A DNA stretch of 57,245 bases from Pyrinomonadaceae bacterium (GCA_036389875.1 DASVVZ010000256.1:1-57245); one strand, 5' to 3'; numbered from the stretch's first letter, positions 41,278-49,771 are shown. The notes: generated from the sequence alone by a model not told the origin. A program made the numbers and translations.

Positions 41278-41300
41278 CTCGTTAAGGTAAAAGATATGAT

Positions 41301-41807
41301 CTAGGTGGATTCCGCCGGCTGAACCGCGGCATCGTCTCGCGCGGGGCGTCCGGCGTCTTCGCTCATCTTCTCCAGAAGCGCCTTGTTAGCGCTCGCCTGG
41401 TCGTCATGGGTGGTAACATTCCCGTTCCAATGAAGCTCGTACTTTCTGCCTTCTTCCGTATCGACAGGCTTTATTCCGTTCATGCCTCTCTCCTTGTCTG
41501 CAATGTTGAAGTTTAGGGGCTGAATTCCATAACCGAATCTCTCCCACCGAACCCTTGACTTCTCGTCCCATTCGGACTGCACCCGCCGAGCTTTATCCCG
41601 CGCATCTTCAGTGTTGATTGTGCTCTCATGAAAGATAATGCCTTCGGGGTCATCTCTTTCGTCCCAGAAGCCTGTAATGCTAACGGCCTTACCCTCATCA
41701 TCAACCAGGACTTCTAGGGCTAGGCCGAGCGGGTGAAAGAATTGGCGGTTGACCTCCTGGAGGTAGCCGAACCTGACGAATTCGTCTAAAGAAATAAATC
41801 TCTTCAT
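41301..41807 (-). CDS. Hypothetical protein downstream of the portal gene
   Basis: Start moved to the ATG at 41807 (GGGGGAA Shine-Dalgarno); 168 aa. Confidence 0.5.
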   Translation of the reverse strand: MKRFISLDEFVRFGYLQEVNRQFFHPLGLALEVLVDDEGKAVSITGFWDERDDPEGIIFHESTINTEDARDKARRVQSEWDEKSRVRWERFGYGIQPLNFNIADKERGMNGIKPVDTEEGRKYELHWNGNVTTHDDQASANKALLEKMSEDAGRPARDDAAVQPAEST

Positions 41808-41817
41808 CACGTTCCCC

Positions 41818-43434
41818 CTATTGCACTGTGTGCGTCTCAATCGTCGAAGAAGTGTGCCTGCGCACGAGGTCAACCAGGTCGCCCGAGAACGTGCGGTGGC
41901 CGTTGGCCTGCGCTTTGCGGTTACTGCCCGGATCGGGATTAGTGTTGGCGGCGTCCGTCGCCCCGTTGTTTCCGGGCGAAGGTGCCTGTCGCGGTGCGGG
42001 CGCGTCAGCTTTGGCCTTTCCCGCCGACTTCTGCGCCATCTCATCGGCCGAGATGGATCCGTTGTCATATTGCATGCGGGCCGTCTGAGTGTTCAGTAAT
42101 TCGACCTGCGCGTCGCGCAAGAGTTCCGCCGCGCGCAGCTCCGCGAACTTAAAGTCCACGGACGCGTAGACGCCCTTGGCCTGCATCGCCAGCCCGAACT
42201 GGTGCTCCAGCATCGTCTCGCCCAGCTGTTGGATGGATTTGATGAAGGCCGCGTAAATCTCCCACTGGCGGTTGGCGTTCGCTTCACTGACACCGTCCGT
42301 AGTGGCCATCAGGAGAGGCATGGACTTAGCCGCACGGGTCGTCATCCTCTCAAGGGCTTTGAATAGCCCGTCGATTGCCCCGAGGCTTGAAGTGTTTGTC
42401 GCGCCGACGGTCTGCTTGTTGACCTGAATGAAGGAGGCGTGGATGTAGGCGTCATCCGGTTCCAGCCCGCTGTAGACAGACTGAACCAGCTTGACGACGC
42501 CCTCGGCCCAGTCCATAAACTCCTGCGGGTCCGAGCCCATGTCCTCAGGCATGGAATCCCTGAGCTTCTCCAGATCGATCTCAATATCAATGCGGGGATA
42601 GCCCTGCTGCTGGATAACCCGCCTCAAATCGTGTAGCACGCCTAAGAGGAAAAGGGCGCAGAAGAGCGCGGACGAGAAGAGGGGTCTTCCTTCGGGGCGC
42701 CCGGGGAGCGGCTGTATGGGGATGTAGCTGATGGTGGGCCTGTCCAGTACGACGAACTGCCCGTTCTGCCACTGCCCTAACTGCCAGACAGCGCCTCGAA
42801 TGGGATCAGGCACGCGGCGGAAGGCGACGTAAGCCGGATCCGGAGTGACGAGGTCTACCAGCTCTCGGCCCGCCTCATCAAGGACTGCTTCGGAGAAGAA
42901 GGCGCCGCGCAGTGCGGCGTTCGTGAAGAGCCTGTCGATTACTACTTTCGGGGAGCCATACAGCTTGCGCAAAGTAGCAAGTATTGAATCCAACTCCTTC
43001 TGCGCTTCCTTGTCCTGATCATCCGTGCCGGGCCTGACCGCCCGCGCCTCATAGCCGGGGTTGCACATCAGCACGAAGTCCGAGAGGGCGCGGGAAATCT
43101 CCGGGGAGACGTCCGCCATCAGCTCCATCAGCTTCCACGGGCTAATCTTGCTCATGGGGTCTTTGTCGAGCACCAGGTCGCGCCAGTAGCGGTCGGCGCT
43201 GAAGGGCGCGACCGTCTGGAGGGCGCTCGCAAACATATCCTGCGGCGTGTCGTAGGTAACGCGGGAACTACCGGAGACGCTGCGCGCAAAGCCGTAGGTG
43301 TCGAGCGCCGGGGCAGAGGCGGAGGCACGCTTCTTTGCGTTAATGGTGGGCTGCTTTACATTACCAAGCACATTCTCCGAAGAGCCATCCGAAAACGGCT
43401 CCCAACCCGCCAGGCCCAGCATGTTGACCTTCAT
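41818..43434 (-). CDS. Portal protein
   Basis: 538 aa immediately downstream of the large terminase gene. Called on size and position. Confidence 0.75.
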   Translation of the reverse strand: MKVNMLGLAGWEPFSDGSSENVLGNVKQPTINAKKRASASAPALDTYGFARSVSGSSRVTYDTPQDMFASALQTVAPFSADRYWRDLVLDKDPMSKISPWKLMELMADVSPEISRALSDFVLMCNPGYEARAVRPGTDDQDKEAQKELDSILATLRKLYGSPKVVIDRLFTNAALRGAFFSEAVLDEAGRELVDLVTPDPAYVAFRRVPDPIRGAVWQLGQWQNGQFVVLDRPTISYIPIQPLPGRPEGRPLFSSALFCALFLLGVLHDLRRVIQQQGYPRIDIEIDLEKLRDSMPEDMGSDPQEFMDWAEGVVKLVQSVYSGLEPDDAYIHASFIQVNKQTVGATNTSSLGAIDGLFKALERMTTRAAKSMPLLMATTDGVSEANANRQWEIYAAFIKSIQQLGETMLEHQFGLAMQAKGVYASVDFKFAELRAAELLRDAQVELLNTQTARMQYDNGSISADEMAQKSAGKAKADAPAPRQAPSPGNNGATDAANTNPDPGSNRKAQANGHRTFSGDLVDLVRRHTSSTIETHTVQ

Positions 43435-43446
43435 ATCTTCAGCCTC

Positions 43447-45273
43447 CTACATGGGAATCTTGGTGCTGCCCTGGACCAGCGCGCCCGGTATGTGGCGGGG
43501 CAGCGTCCTCTGCGCTATAAGGTCGTAGACGGCCGCGTGGAACAGGTGGTCAGGCTTCGTATGCACCCACGTTGCGAAGGGCTGTCCCTCGTCGTTCGTG
43601 GTGACTTTGCGCACGGGGGCGCTCATGTGTGCGATGACTTCGGAGTCGTTATGCACTGCTGCCGGCCAGACCTCCCGCCCTCCAGCGATCAGGTTGTAAA
43701 TTGTGTCCATCGCCATGGTGCGATCGACTTGGACGATGTCTTTCTTGAGTACCTTTGGCTTACTCACCTTAATCCCGTGCATCTCCTTCTCTTCCGCAGA
43801 GGGGAGCTTAAACAATTCGCCCTTCAGATCCTTGTAGAAGGCGCGAAAGACTTTGCCCTTGTGCTTCTGCGACCAGGCCTCCGCCCCGTGCAGCTCCGGC
43901 ATCGCGTCAACTACGACGTGGCGGACCTTGTACCTGACCATAAGATCGTCCAGGTCGTCCCAGCTATTGACAGAGCCCATCGCCAGCACGTAACGCTTCT
44001 TATCTGTCCCTGTGCCTGATATGCGGTAGTGGTAGTGCGCGCCAACGTCTACCCCCATCGTGACGTCGCGCCACGGTCCGTCGGGGAGGAGCCCGTTATC
44101 AAGATCGGCGCTCAACTGCTTGAGCATGGCCTCTGTTACGCGGCTGTCGGCAGCGTCATAGGGGATTCCGAGATCGGAGCGGTAAAACTCAATTATCTGC
44201 TCCGGGTCCGTGCTGATGGAGGAGATGCACAGCTCTCTTAACGAGACTGACGGGAAGGCGAACCAGGGTACGTGGTAGCCGCGGGTGCGCGTGATCTCGG
44301 GGTGCCGCGCGATCCAGCGGCCTGGGCCGAACCTGTCAGCGTCCTGCATGGGCTCTTTACAATTGGGACAAGATACTGTGATTGTTCCCTGATGAATCCG
44401 CTCCTCATCCCACTTCTTCCACTCGTCATAGGCGGCCCCGTTTACTTTAACGTCCCGGTGGAAGCTCAACGTATTCCACGCATCACAGAGCGAGCACCTG
44501 ACTTCCCATTCCCTCTGGTCGGACTTCAAATAATCGTCGTGAATTCCGAAGCCGGGAAACGTCGGGGTGGAGAGCCTGAACTGGCGCTTGACCTGGCTGT
44601 GGCGCAGGCGCTTGACCGCAAGGGCCACGGCGCGGGGCAGCATCTCGTCGCGCTCGTCCAGTATGAGAACGTCGGCCTTGAAGGATTTCAGTGCCTTAAC
44701 AGACCACGCGCCGCGCATGTAGAAGTAGCTTTTACCAGCCTTCTTAAACCTGACGTCGTCGTAGTCATCGAAGAATTTATCGAGCTTTTCCGACTCGTCC
44801 TTGAGGGCGCTGATACGCTCCTTAGAGAAATCGAAGAGCGCCTCCTGCGTGGGAAAGAGGTAGCCTACGTTAAGGCCGTCATTGCTGGTCTTCCAGTATT
44901 GTGCCCCTATATCCAGGGCGTGAAGGGCGCGGGTGATGGCGAGCTCTGAGACGCCGACCTGTGCGGGCTTCATGACGACTATGAAAGGGTGGTCGTCATC
45001 GTAGATTTCCCTGAGAGGCTCGTAACCTGTCGCGGGCTCCGTCTCGCTCGCGGGCTTATAGTCGAGGGAGAAGGCCTGCCCCTCTATTTGGCGATACATT
45101 ATCGCCCAGGCCAGAGGCGAGAGGATAACCTTGCGAGCCTCCTCACCGGTAGCTGGGTTGATTTTAGTTTCCGAGTAGAGTTCGACGGCAATATCAATCG
45201 CCTGGTCCTGAAGATCAGGCGGAAGCGCCATGATGCGCTCGAACAGTTCTGTGCGTGAAAGCTGTTGCATCAA
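43447..45273 (-). CDS. terL: Terminase large subunit (lambda GpA-like)
   Basis: VVMKPAQVGVSE (GpA-type Walker A), VLILDERDE (Walker B), zinc-ribbon CSLCD...CPNCKEP; 608 aa. Confidence 0.9.
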   Translation of the reverse strand: MMQQLSRTELFERIMALPPDLQDQAIDIAVELYSETKINPATGEEARKVILSPLAWAIMYRQIEGQAFSLDYKPASETEPATGYEPLREIYDDDHPFIVVMKPAQVGVSELAITRALHALDIGAQYWKTSNDGLNVGYLFPTQEALFDFSKERISALKDESEKLDKFFDDYDDVRFKKAGKSYFYMRGAWSVKALKSFKADVLILDERDEMLPRAVALAVKRLRHSQVKRQFRLSTPTFPGFGIHDDYLKSDQREWEVRCSLCDAWNTLSFHRDVKVNGAAYDEWKKWDEERIHQGTITVSCPNCKEPMQDADRFGPGRWIARHPEITRTRGYHVPWFAFPSVSLRELCISSISTDPEQIIEFYRSDLGIPYDAADSRVTEAMLKQLSADLDNGLLPDGPWRDVTMGVDVGAHYHYRISGTGTDKKRYVLAMGSVNSWDDLDDLMVRYKVRHVVVDAMPELHGAEAWSQKHKGKVFRAFYKDLKGELFKLPSAEEKEMHGIKVSKPKVLKKDIVQVDRTMAMDTIYNLIAGGREVWPAAVHNDSEVIAHMSAPVRKVTTNDEGQPFATWVHTKPDHLFHAAVYDLIAQRTLPRHIPGALVQGSTKIPM

Positions 45274-45752
45274 TTAACGCGATCAGGGATCTCTTCAGGT
45301 TTGACCCCTAGAATGTCAGCCAGCGTTTTTCGCTTGTCGTCAACTTTCAACTTTCTCGTATTCGTAAAGAGGCCGCCGCGCTCTTTCGCCGCCTGCTCCA
45401 GGTGCTGCGCGGCTATCACATCCTTGCCGTCTTTAAGAGCGGCGCGGTAGAGCTTGCCCAGCTCCCTGAGGCGAAAGCTCCTGTGCGCGACGTCTATATT
45501 CGACTCGTCATCAACGAACTTCTTACGCTCTTCCCAGAACAGTTTCTTCAACTCGTCGCCGAGCTTCTGGCCCATGAACTTCGTCGGATCATAGGCTTCG
45601 ACGGCCTGGCGCGACATCTCAACGCCGAGATCCTCTTCGACTAGATCTGCCACCTCAGTGGGAGACATAAACTGCGCGAGGCATCGCACGACGAAGCGCT
45701 TCTGCGCGACATTGAGCCTCTTTTTCTTTTTCTCCTCCGCCACCTTTTTCAC
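45270..45752 (-). CDS. DUF2280-type putative terminase small subunit
   Basis: QKRFVVRCLAQFMSPTEVADLVEEDLGVEMSRQAVEAYDPTK, then AAQHLEQAAKERGG. GTG start. Overlaps terL by 4 nt. Confidence 0.65.
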   Translation of the reverse strand: MKKVAEEKKKKRLNVAQKRFVVRCLAQFMSPTEVADLVEEDLGVEMSRQAVEAYDPTKFMGQKLGDELKKLFWEERKKFVDDESNIDVAHRSFRLRELGKLYRAALKDGKDVIAAQHLEQAAKERGGLFTNTRKLKVDDKRKTLADILGVKPEEIPDRVN

Positions 45753-45774
45753 CTGCCGGGCAACTCAAAATGTC

Positions 45775-45936
45775 TTAAGCCGCCCCCTCCTTATCAATCA
45801 GCACCAGCACCTCGGCGTCATCGTCGAAGTAACGCTGTCTCATCTCGCCGTCCAGTGCGCATTTTTCGTCTGCTTTGACGTAGAGCTTCGCTTCCACGGT
45901 GAAAGGCGCTGTGACTTTCACGCTGCTAAACGGCAT
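45775..45936 (-). CDS. Possible small ORF (53 aa)
   Basis: Hand translation MPFSSVKVTAPFTVEAKLYVKADEKCALDGEMRQRYFDDDAEVLVLIDKEGAA. Weak Shine-Dalgarno. Confidence 0.3.
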   Translation of the reverse strand: MPFSSVKVTAPFTVEAKLYVKADEKCALDGEMRQRYFDDDAEVLVLIDKEGAA

Positions 45937-45968
45937 GACTTCAGTTGTAAGCACTTAGCATTCTCCTC

Positions 45969-45988
45969 GACTCAAAATATTTTGAGTC
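45969..45988. promoter_or_regulatory. Perfect copy of the 20-bp palindrome
   Basis: Intergenic, upstream of the packaging operon. Confidence 0.7.
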
Positions 45989-45993
45989 CTGCG

Positions 45994-46638
45994 TTATGCC
46001 ACCAGCCTGAGACATGTCCCGCATGCCGCGCGGACCTGAGAGGCTCCAACCTCAGGCTCAAGACCTGCGACCTCCGCCAGTTGACGCGAAGCCCCACGCG
46101 CAGCGCCCGCGCCGTACCTCCGCCACTCGCTGACGAAGACTTCAACGTCGTGGCTTCGAAGGTCGAAGATGGGAGAGCCGTCCTTTTTCCACCTCTTGGT
46201 CTTGCCGTCGTCCTCGACTGCCTGCCCGCAGTGGAGGAATTCGTGCTCTACCCCCGAACAATATGTGTAGTCGTCCGCGCGCGCGAAGAAGGGGGCATAG
46301 AGGGTGATCAGGAAGTCGAAGGTAAGATAAGCACTGCCGAACCACTGGCGGAAGGGGATTTCCTGGCGGGCCTTTTGACGCGCCTTGCCGCGAAAGCTCA
46401 GAATCTCGGCCGTGCCGATTACTTCGACTCCTCCCTTTCCTTCCCAGACGCTAGACCACAGCACGCCGATTTTGGCGTACTTCAGGTGCGTGTGCTCGGG
46501 GTTGTGGATGGGGCCCTTCTCGTCAACTACAGCCTTGCGGAACCAATCGTAGACCTCGGGCGCGGGCTTCCACAGATCACCTGGCTCGTGCATCTCGGGT
46601 GGCGGATAAGGCCTGTTGAGTTCGATTAGCTTCGTCAT
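45994..46638 (-). CDS. Putative phage metallopeptidase (HExxH)
   Basis: GVEHEFLHCG motif in a 214-aa ORF upstream of the terminase genes. Confidence 0.5.
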   Translation of the reverse strand: MTKLIELNRPYPPPEMHEPGDLWKPAPEVYDWFRKAVVDEKGPIHNPEHTHLKYAKIGVLWSSVWEGKGGVEVIGTAEILSFRGKARQKARQEIPFRQWFGSAYLTFDFLITLYAPFFARADDYTYCSGVEHEFLHCGQAVEDDGKTKRWKKDGSPIFDLRSHDVEVFVSEWRRYGAGAARGASRQLAEVAGLEPEVGASQVRAACGTCLRLVA

Positions 46639-46648
46639 TAAGCAATAA

Positions 46649-46681
46649 GGGGCGCGGGCTTTTATTCATGCCCGGCGCCCC
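46649..46681 (-). terminator. GC-rich hairpin (terminator candidate)
   Basis: GGGGCGCGGGC, 10-nt loop, GCCCGGCGCCCC, with one bulge. Confidence 0.4.
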
Positions 46682-46741
46682 GGCAAACCGTCAGTCCTGG
46701 AGGGAGCGGCCTCTCAAGTTTTGCCAGGCTTACTAAAACAT

Positions 46742-46855
46742 TCACTTACGCTTCATTCGCTTCTCCATAAAAAGAAGTAGTAGGGGCTGCGCAATCGCTC
46801 CGAGCGTCACCAGCACGATGAAGGCCCATGACGCTGCTATCAGCCAGCCCTTCAT
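46742..46855 (-). CDS. Small hydrophobic peptide (37 aa)
   Basis: Hand translation MKGWLIAASWAFIVLVTLGAIAQPLLLLFMEKRMKRK. GAGGG Shine-Dalgarno. Starts 2 nt after the receiver-domain gene's stop. Confidence 0.4.
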   Translation of the reverse strand: MKGWLIAASWAFIVLVTLGAIAQPLLLLFMEKRMKRK

Positions 46856-46857
46856 AG

Positions 46858-47319
46858 TTAGCCCTCTGGGGCCTCGCTTTTGCCGAGGGCCGAGAGCCAC
46901 CCGTCGACTACGGCCGTCAATTCCTCAATCTCAATTGGCTTTGTCATGCGGAATCGGATGTCGTACTTCTGGAACTCGGAGGACATTTCCGCCGTCTCCA
47001 TGAAGGCCGTGACGACGCCCACGATGGCCGGACGCGCGATGCCGATTTCCCGCTCCAATTCACGAAGGATGCGAGCGACCATGAAGCCGGTAGCGTCTTT
47101 CATCGCAAGATCGAGCAGGTAGAAATCGTAGGGGTGAGTCCTGAGGCGGGGATCGACGTGATTACGATCTTTTAATTGCGCGATTAGACTGATGCTCGCG
47201 TCGAAGGCGTTATCGAAGAAGTCTATGTCACAGGGCCAGCTGCGCGTGGCATCCCGCAGCAGGTCCAGCGTCTCATCGGTGTCATCTACTATCAGTCCTC
47301 TTCTTCGCTCTTTGCTCAC
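46858..47319 (-). CDS. Stand-alone response-regulator receiver (CheY-like REC) domain protein
   Basis: LIVDDTDE, phospho-acceptor region YDFYLLDLAMKDATG, VVTAF, and MTKPIE (conserved Lys). GTG start at 47319 preceded by GAGAGGTGG. Confidence 0.75.
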   Translation of the reverse strand: MSKERRRGLIVDDTDETLDLLRDATRSWPCDIDFFDNAFDASISLIAQLKDRNHVDPRLRTHPYDFYLLDLAMKDATGFMVARILRELEREIGIARPAIVGVVTAFMETAEMSSEFQKYDIRFRMTKPIEIEELTAVVDGWLSALGKSEAPEG

Positions 47320-47791
47320 GCTGCCACCTCTCAAGCTCCGCGACCCTCTGAGACAGTTCACTGAATGTTTTGAGTGCGCTTCTGATTGCGCTATTGGCCT
47401 GTTCATCCCTCTCATCACATTCTTTCTTTATGCGGTCGCGCTCCTTCTCCGCCTCTTCAACTCGTCTTTCCAGTTCCTCATTCCGGCGCTTTAGCTCCGC
47501 ATTCTCTTCTTTGATGTCCTCCAACCTCCGGGACCGCAGGTCTGCCAGTTCCTGGCTCTCCGCGGCTATCTTTCGGGCCCCCTCGGTTCTGGCGTCGACC
47601 GTGTCTTCAAGCTCGCGCGCGCGCGCCTCGTCTCCGGCCTTTAGTCTTTCGCGGACCCCCTTAAACCAGGCCCACAGCTTCCTGCCCACCCACGTGACGA
47701 CAACAGTGCCGCCGCCGAGGCCCCCAATGATAATCAGGATGACGGCCCATACTTCCTCAGCATTAGGTTTAGCCAGCCCCATCCGATTCAC
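47282..47791 (-). CDS. N-terminally membrane-anchored coiled-coil protein (i-spanin-like architecture)
   Basis: TM helix WAVILIIIGGLGGGTVVVTWV, then a long charged heptad-rich region. Confidence 0.5.
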   Translation of the reverse strand: MNRMGLAKPNAEEVWAVILIIIGGLGGGTVVVTWVGRKLWAWFKGVRERLKAGDEARARELEDTVDARTEGARKIAAESQELADLRSRRLEDIKEENAELKRRNEELERRVEEAEKERDRIKKECDERDEQANSAIRSALKTFSELSQRVAELERWQREQRAKKRTDSR

Positions 47792-47957
47792 TCTGGCGGC
47801 GCTCTTCTTCCAGGTTAAAAATCCGGCATTCTATCTCGGCCTGCTGCCGCTCAAGCATCGAGAGGCTGATTCTGCTGTCGTCACTGGCTTGCGGGGGCGC
47901 ATAAACCCGAGTAGTAATCTCTCGTAAGGCCTGCATAATGTTCTTCCGCCACTGCAA
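47769..47957 (-). CDS. Hypothetical small protein
   Basis: 62-aa ORF; start uncertain (internal ATG at 47936). Confidence 0.35.
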   Translation of the reverse strand: MQWRKNIMQALREITTRVYAPPQASDDSRISLSMLERQQAEIECRIFNLEEERRQSESDGAG

Positions 47958-48079
47958 GGTTGAAGTTTTCCGGCTCCGTGCTAATCTCCTTCATGTTGCG
48001 CGACGGATACTTTAACCGGGTCTGTCGCGTGACATGCTCGGCGGGTTGTGCAACCAGCCCGCCGGGCCTCCGCTCCGGC

Positions 48080-48577
48080 CTACTGAGGCGGATTCTTCAG
48101 CAGATCTTCGAGCCTCTTTATGTCCGCTTCCTTCACATTCAAGCCATCTGACTCCTCAGTCGCAGCGGCAGGCACGGACTTCATCAACGCGCGCGCCGTA
48201 GACGGCGGCGGCAGCCCTACGAAGGCGCGCACGAGCGCCAGGATGTCGTTCTTCCACGTCTCGGCCGTGGGGTTGTTACTTTGGACAAAATCGTCGGAGA
48301 TAACCTGCGCGATGTCGGAGGCGAGCTGGCGTTTGGCCTCTCTCTTTAATTCGGGGGTGGACTTATCGGCGGCACGATAGCCGCGCAGTGAATTGCTGGT
48401 GCGGCGAAAGCCTCCGGACCATTTCTCTTTTGTGGCCTCATCTATGTTCATACGCGAGACCGCCGACGGGCCGAGATCGGAGACCGCAATGAGCTTGTCC
48501 AGGGCGCCGCATCCAATGCTGAATAGGGCAATCAGGGAGAGGGTGACTGGAATACATATCCGAGAAAATATCTTCAC
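48080..48577 (-). CDS. Lipoprotein-like secreted protein
   Basis: Signal sequence MKIFSRICIPVTLSLIALFSIGCG with a lipobox-like IGC. Confidence 0.55.
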   Translation of the reverse strand: MKIFSRICIPVTLSLIALFSIGCGALDKLIAVSDLGPSAVSRMNIDEATKEKWSGGFRRTSNSLRGYRAADKSTPELKREAKRQLASDIAQVISDDFVQSNNPTAETWKNDILALVRAFVGLPPPSTARALMKSVPAAATEESDGLNVKEADIKRLEDLLKNPPQ

Positions 48578-48589
48578 TTCGATTCTCCT

Positions 48590-48976
48590 TTAAGTTGTGG
48601 CGTTAGATTTCCCCGAGTCAGGGAAGATGACCTTGAAGACGAGGGTGGCGATGCCGAAGACGGCCCATCCGACGGTGTACAGCTTCGACAGGTTGAACTG
48701 CCTGCCCTCCACCATCGCGTGGAGGTCCGCGTCGCCCGTCAACCAGAGAGCCACCAGTGAGACGATTGCGCTTATCACGAGGGCCACGAAGAGCGCGGGC
48801 CTGCCGTGCAAACGGCCATTCTCGTCCGTGAGATTCCAGCTCTTCGGGAGCAGTCCCCGATTGACGAACCAGGCGATGCCGGTTGAGACGGCGCCGGCAA
48901 TGCTTAATGCCATGGCCTGACCTGAAGTAAGCGCGGCGGCAATGAAAAGTGTTGCGATTAAGACAGCTGTTAGCAT
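48590..48976 (-). CDS. Multi-pass membrane protein (holin-like)
   Basis: 128 aa with about four hydrophobic helices; heads the membrane-protein cluster. Confidence 0.45.
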   Translation of the reverse strand: MLTAVLIATLFIAAALTSGQAMALSIAGAVSTGIAWFVNRGLLPKSWNLTDENGRLHGRPALFVALVISAIVSLVALWLTGDADLHAMVEGRQFNLSKLYTVGWAVFGIATLVFKVIFPDSGKSNATT

Positions 48977-49007
48977 TTACGCACCCCTCACATTTGGTTA
49001 ATTGGTA

Positions 49008-49045
49008 CCCTTGCGGGCAAAGCCGGAAAGGCCCGCCCGCAAGGG
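49008..49045 (-). promoter_or_regulatory. 11-bp perfect-stem hairpin in the leader of the holin-like gene
   Basis: CCCTTGCGGGC, 16-nt loop, GCCCGCAAGGG. Lies between the 64-bp repeat and the start codon at 48976. Confidence 0.5.
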
Positions 49046-49091
49046 CTCGCGCGGCTGGTCAGCCCCTAAGATGGCAGCCGCGGGTAGGGTT

Positions 49092-49155
49092 GCATTATGT
49101 GGGCAGGGGTGGCTGGGCGTGTGTGAACAACCTCGAAAACAACCTCGAAAACAAC
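49092..49155 (-). promoter_or_regulatory. 64-bp repeat, copy 2 (tandem GTTGTTTTCGAGG on the minus strand)
   Basis: The 37-nt core at 49119-49155 is identical to 41186-41222. Confidence 0.6.
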
Positions 49156-49168
49156 TCTACGCCGGTGG

Positions 49169-49456
49169 CTAGGCAGTCACCTTGGAGTAATAGTTTCGGT
49201 CGAAGTAGCCTTTAAGGTTCCGATGGTCCGCGCAGAGGGAGACCTCTCCCTCCTTAAGCTTCTTACCGCATTCGAGGCACCGGCCCAGCTTTTTACGGCG
49301 GGCGCGCTTTGCTTTATTGCGAACCTTCTGTTTATTGCTATGCTCTTGGGCGCAGGCCTGGCAGCGTGTGCCGGTCCCTTTGGGGCCGCGCTCTTCTCCA
49401 CAGTCGAAACATTTTCCTTCCTTAACCCATGTCGATCTAATTTTAAGACCGGGCAT
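49169..49456 (-). CDS. Cys-rich zinc-finger protein
   Basis: CFDCG...RCQACAQEH...RCLECG...LCADH. Confidence 0.55.
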   Translation of the reverse strand: MPGLKIRSTWVKEGKCFDCGEERGPKGTGTRCQACAQEHSNKQKVRNKAKRARRKKLGRCLECGKKLKEGEVSLCADHRNLKGYFDRNYYSKVTA

Positions 49457-49769
49457 CTAGGGAATCCTCCTCGGGATTAGGGGCCGAGCAGATACTCATT
49501 TCTACGATTTGCGCTGAATCAATGACGAGCGTTTCGCCTTCAACGTGAGATTCAAGAATGCGGATGGTGGTCTCGAGTCTGACCTGGTCAAGCGAGATTT
49601 GTACATATTTCCAACCGCCGAGCACGTCCGGCGATATGAATGTAAAGTCGGAGACCTGCCCTTGCGGCAGTATGGCGACAAGAGAGCTTGAAACGGTTTT
49701 CAATCGCTCTACCCTCTCGGTTTCATTCTTGTCTTCCGGTTTTCCTGCGCTCATTATCTTGTGCTCCAA
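49443..49769 (-). CDS. Hypothetical protein
   Basis: 108-aa ORF in the co-directional early string. Confidence 0.5.
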   Translation of the reverse strand: MEHKIMSAGKPEDKNETERVERLKTVSSSLVAILPQGQVSDFTFISPDVLGGWKYVQISLDQVRLETTIRILESHVEGETLVIDSAQIVEMSICSAPNPEEDSLDARS

Positions 49770-49771
49770 TA

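Noticed and set aside
45658-46629. A 323-aa plus-strand ORF spanning the terS upstream region and the metallopeptidase gene.
   Set aside because: It runs antisense to two well-supported minus-strand genes and crosses an intergenic palindrome. Its composition is typical of a shadow frame.
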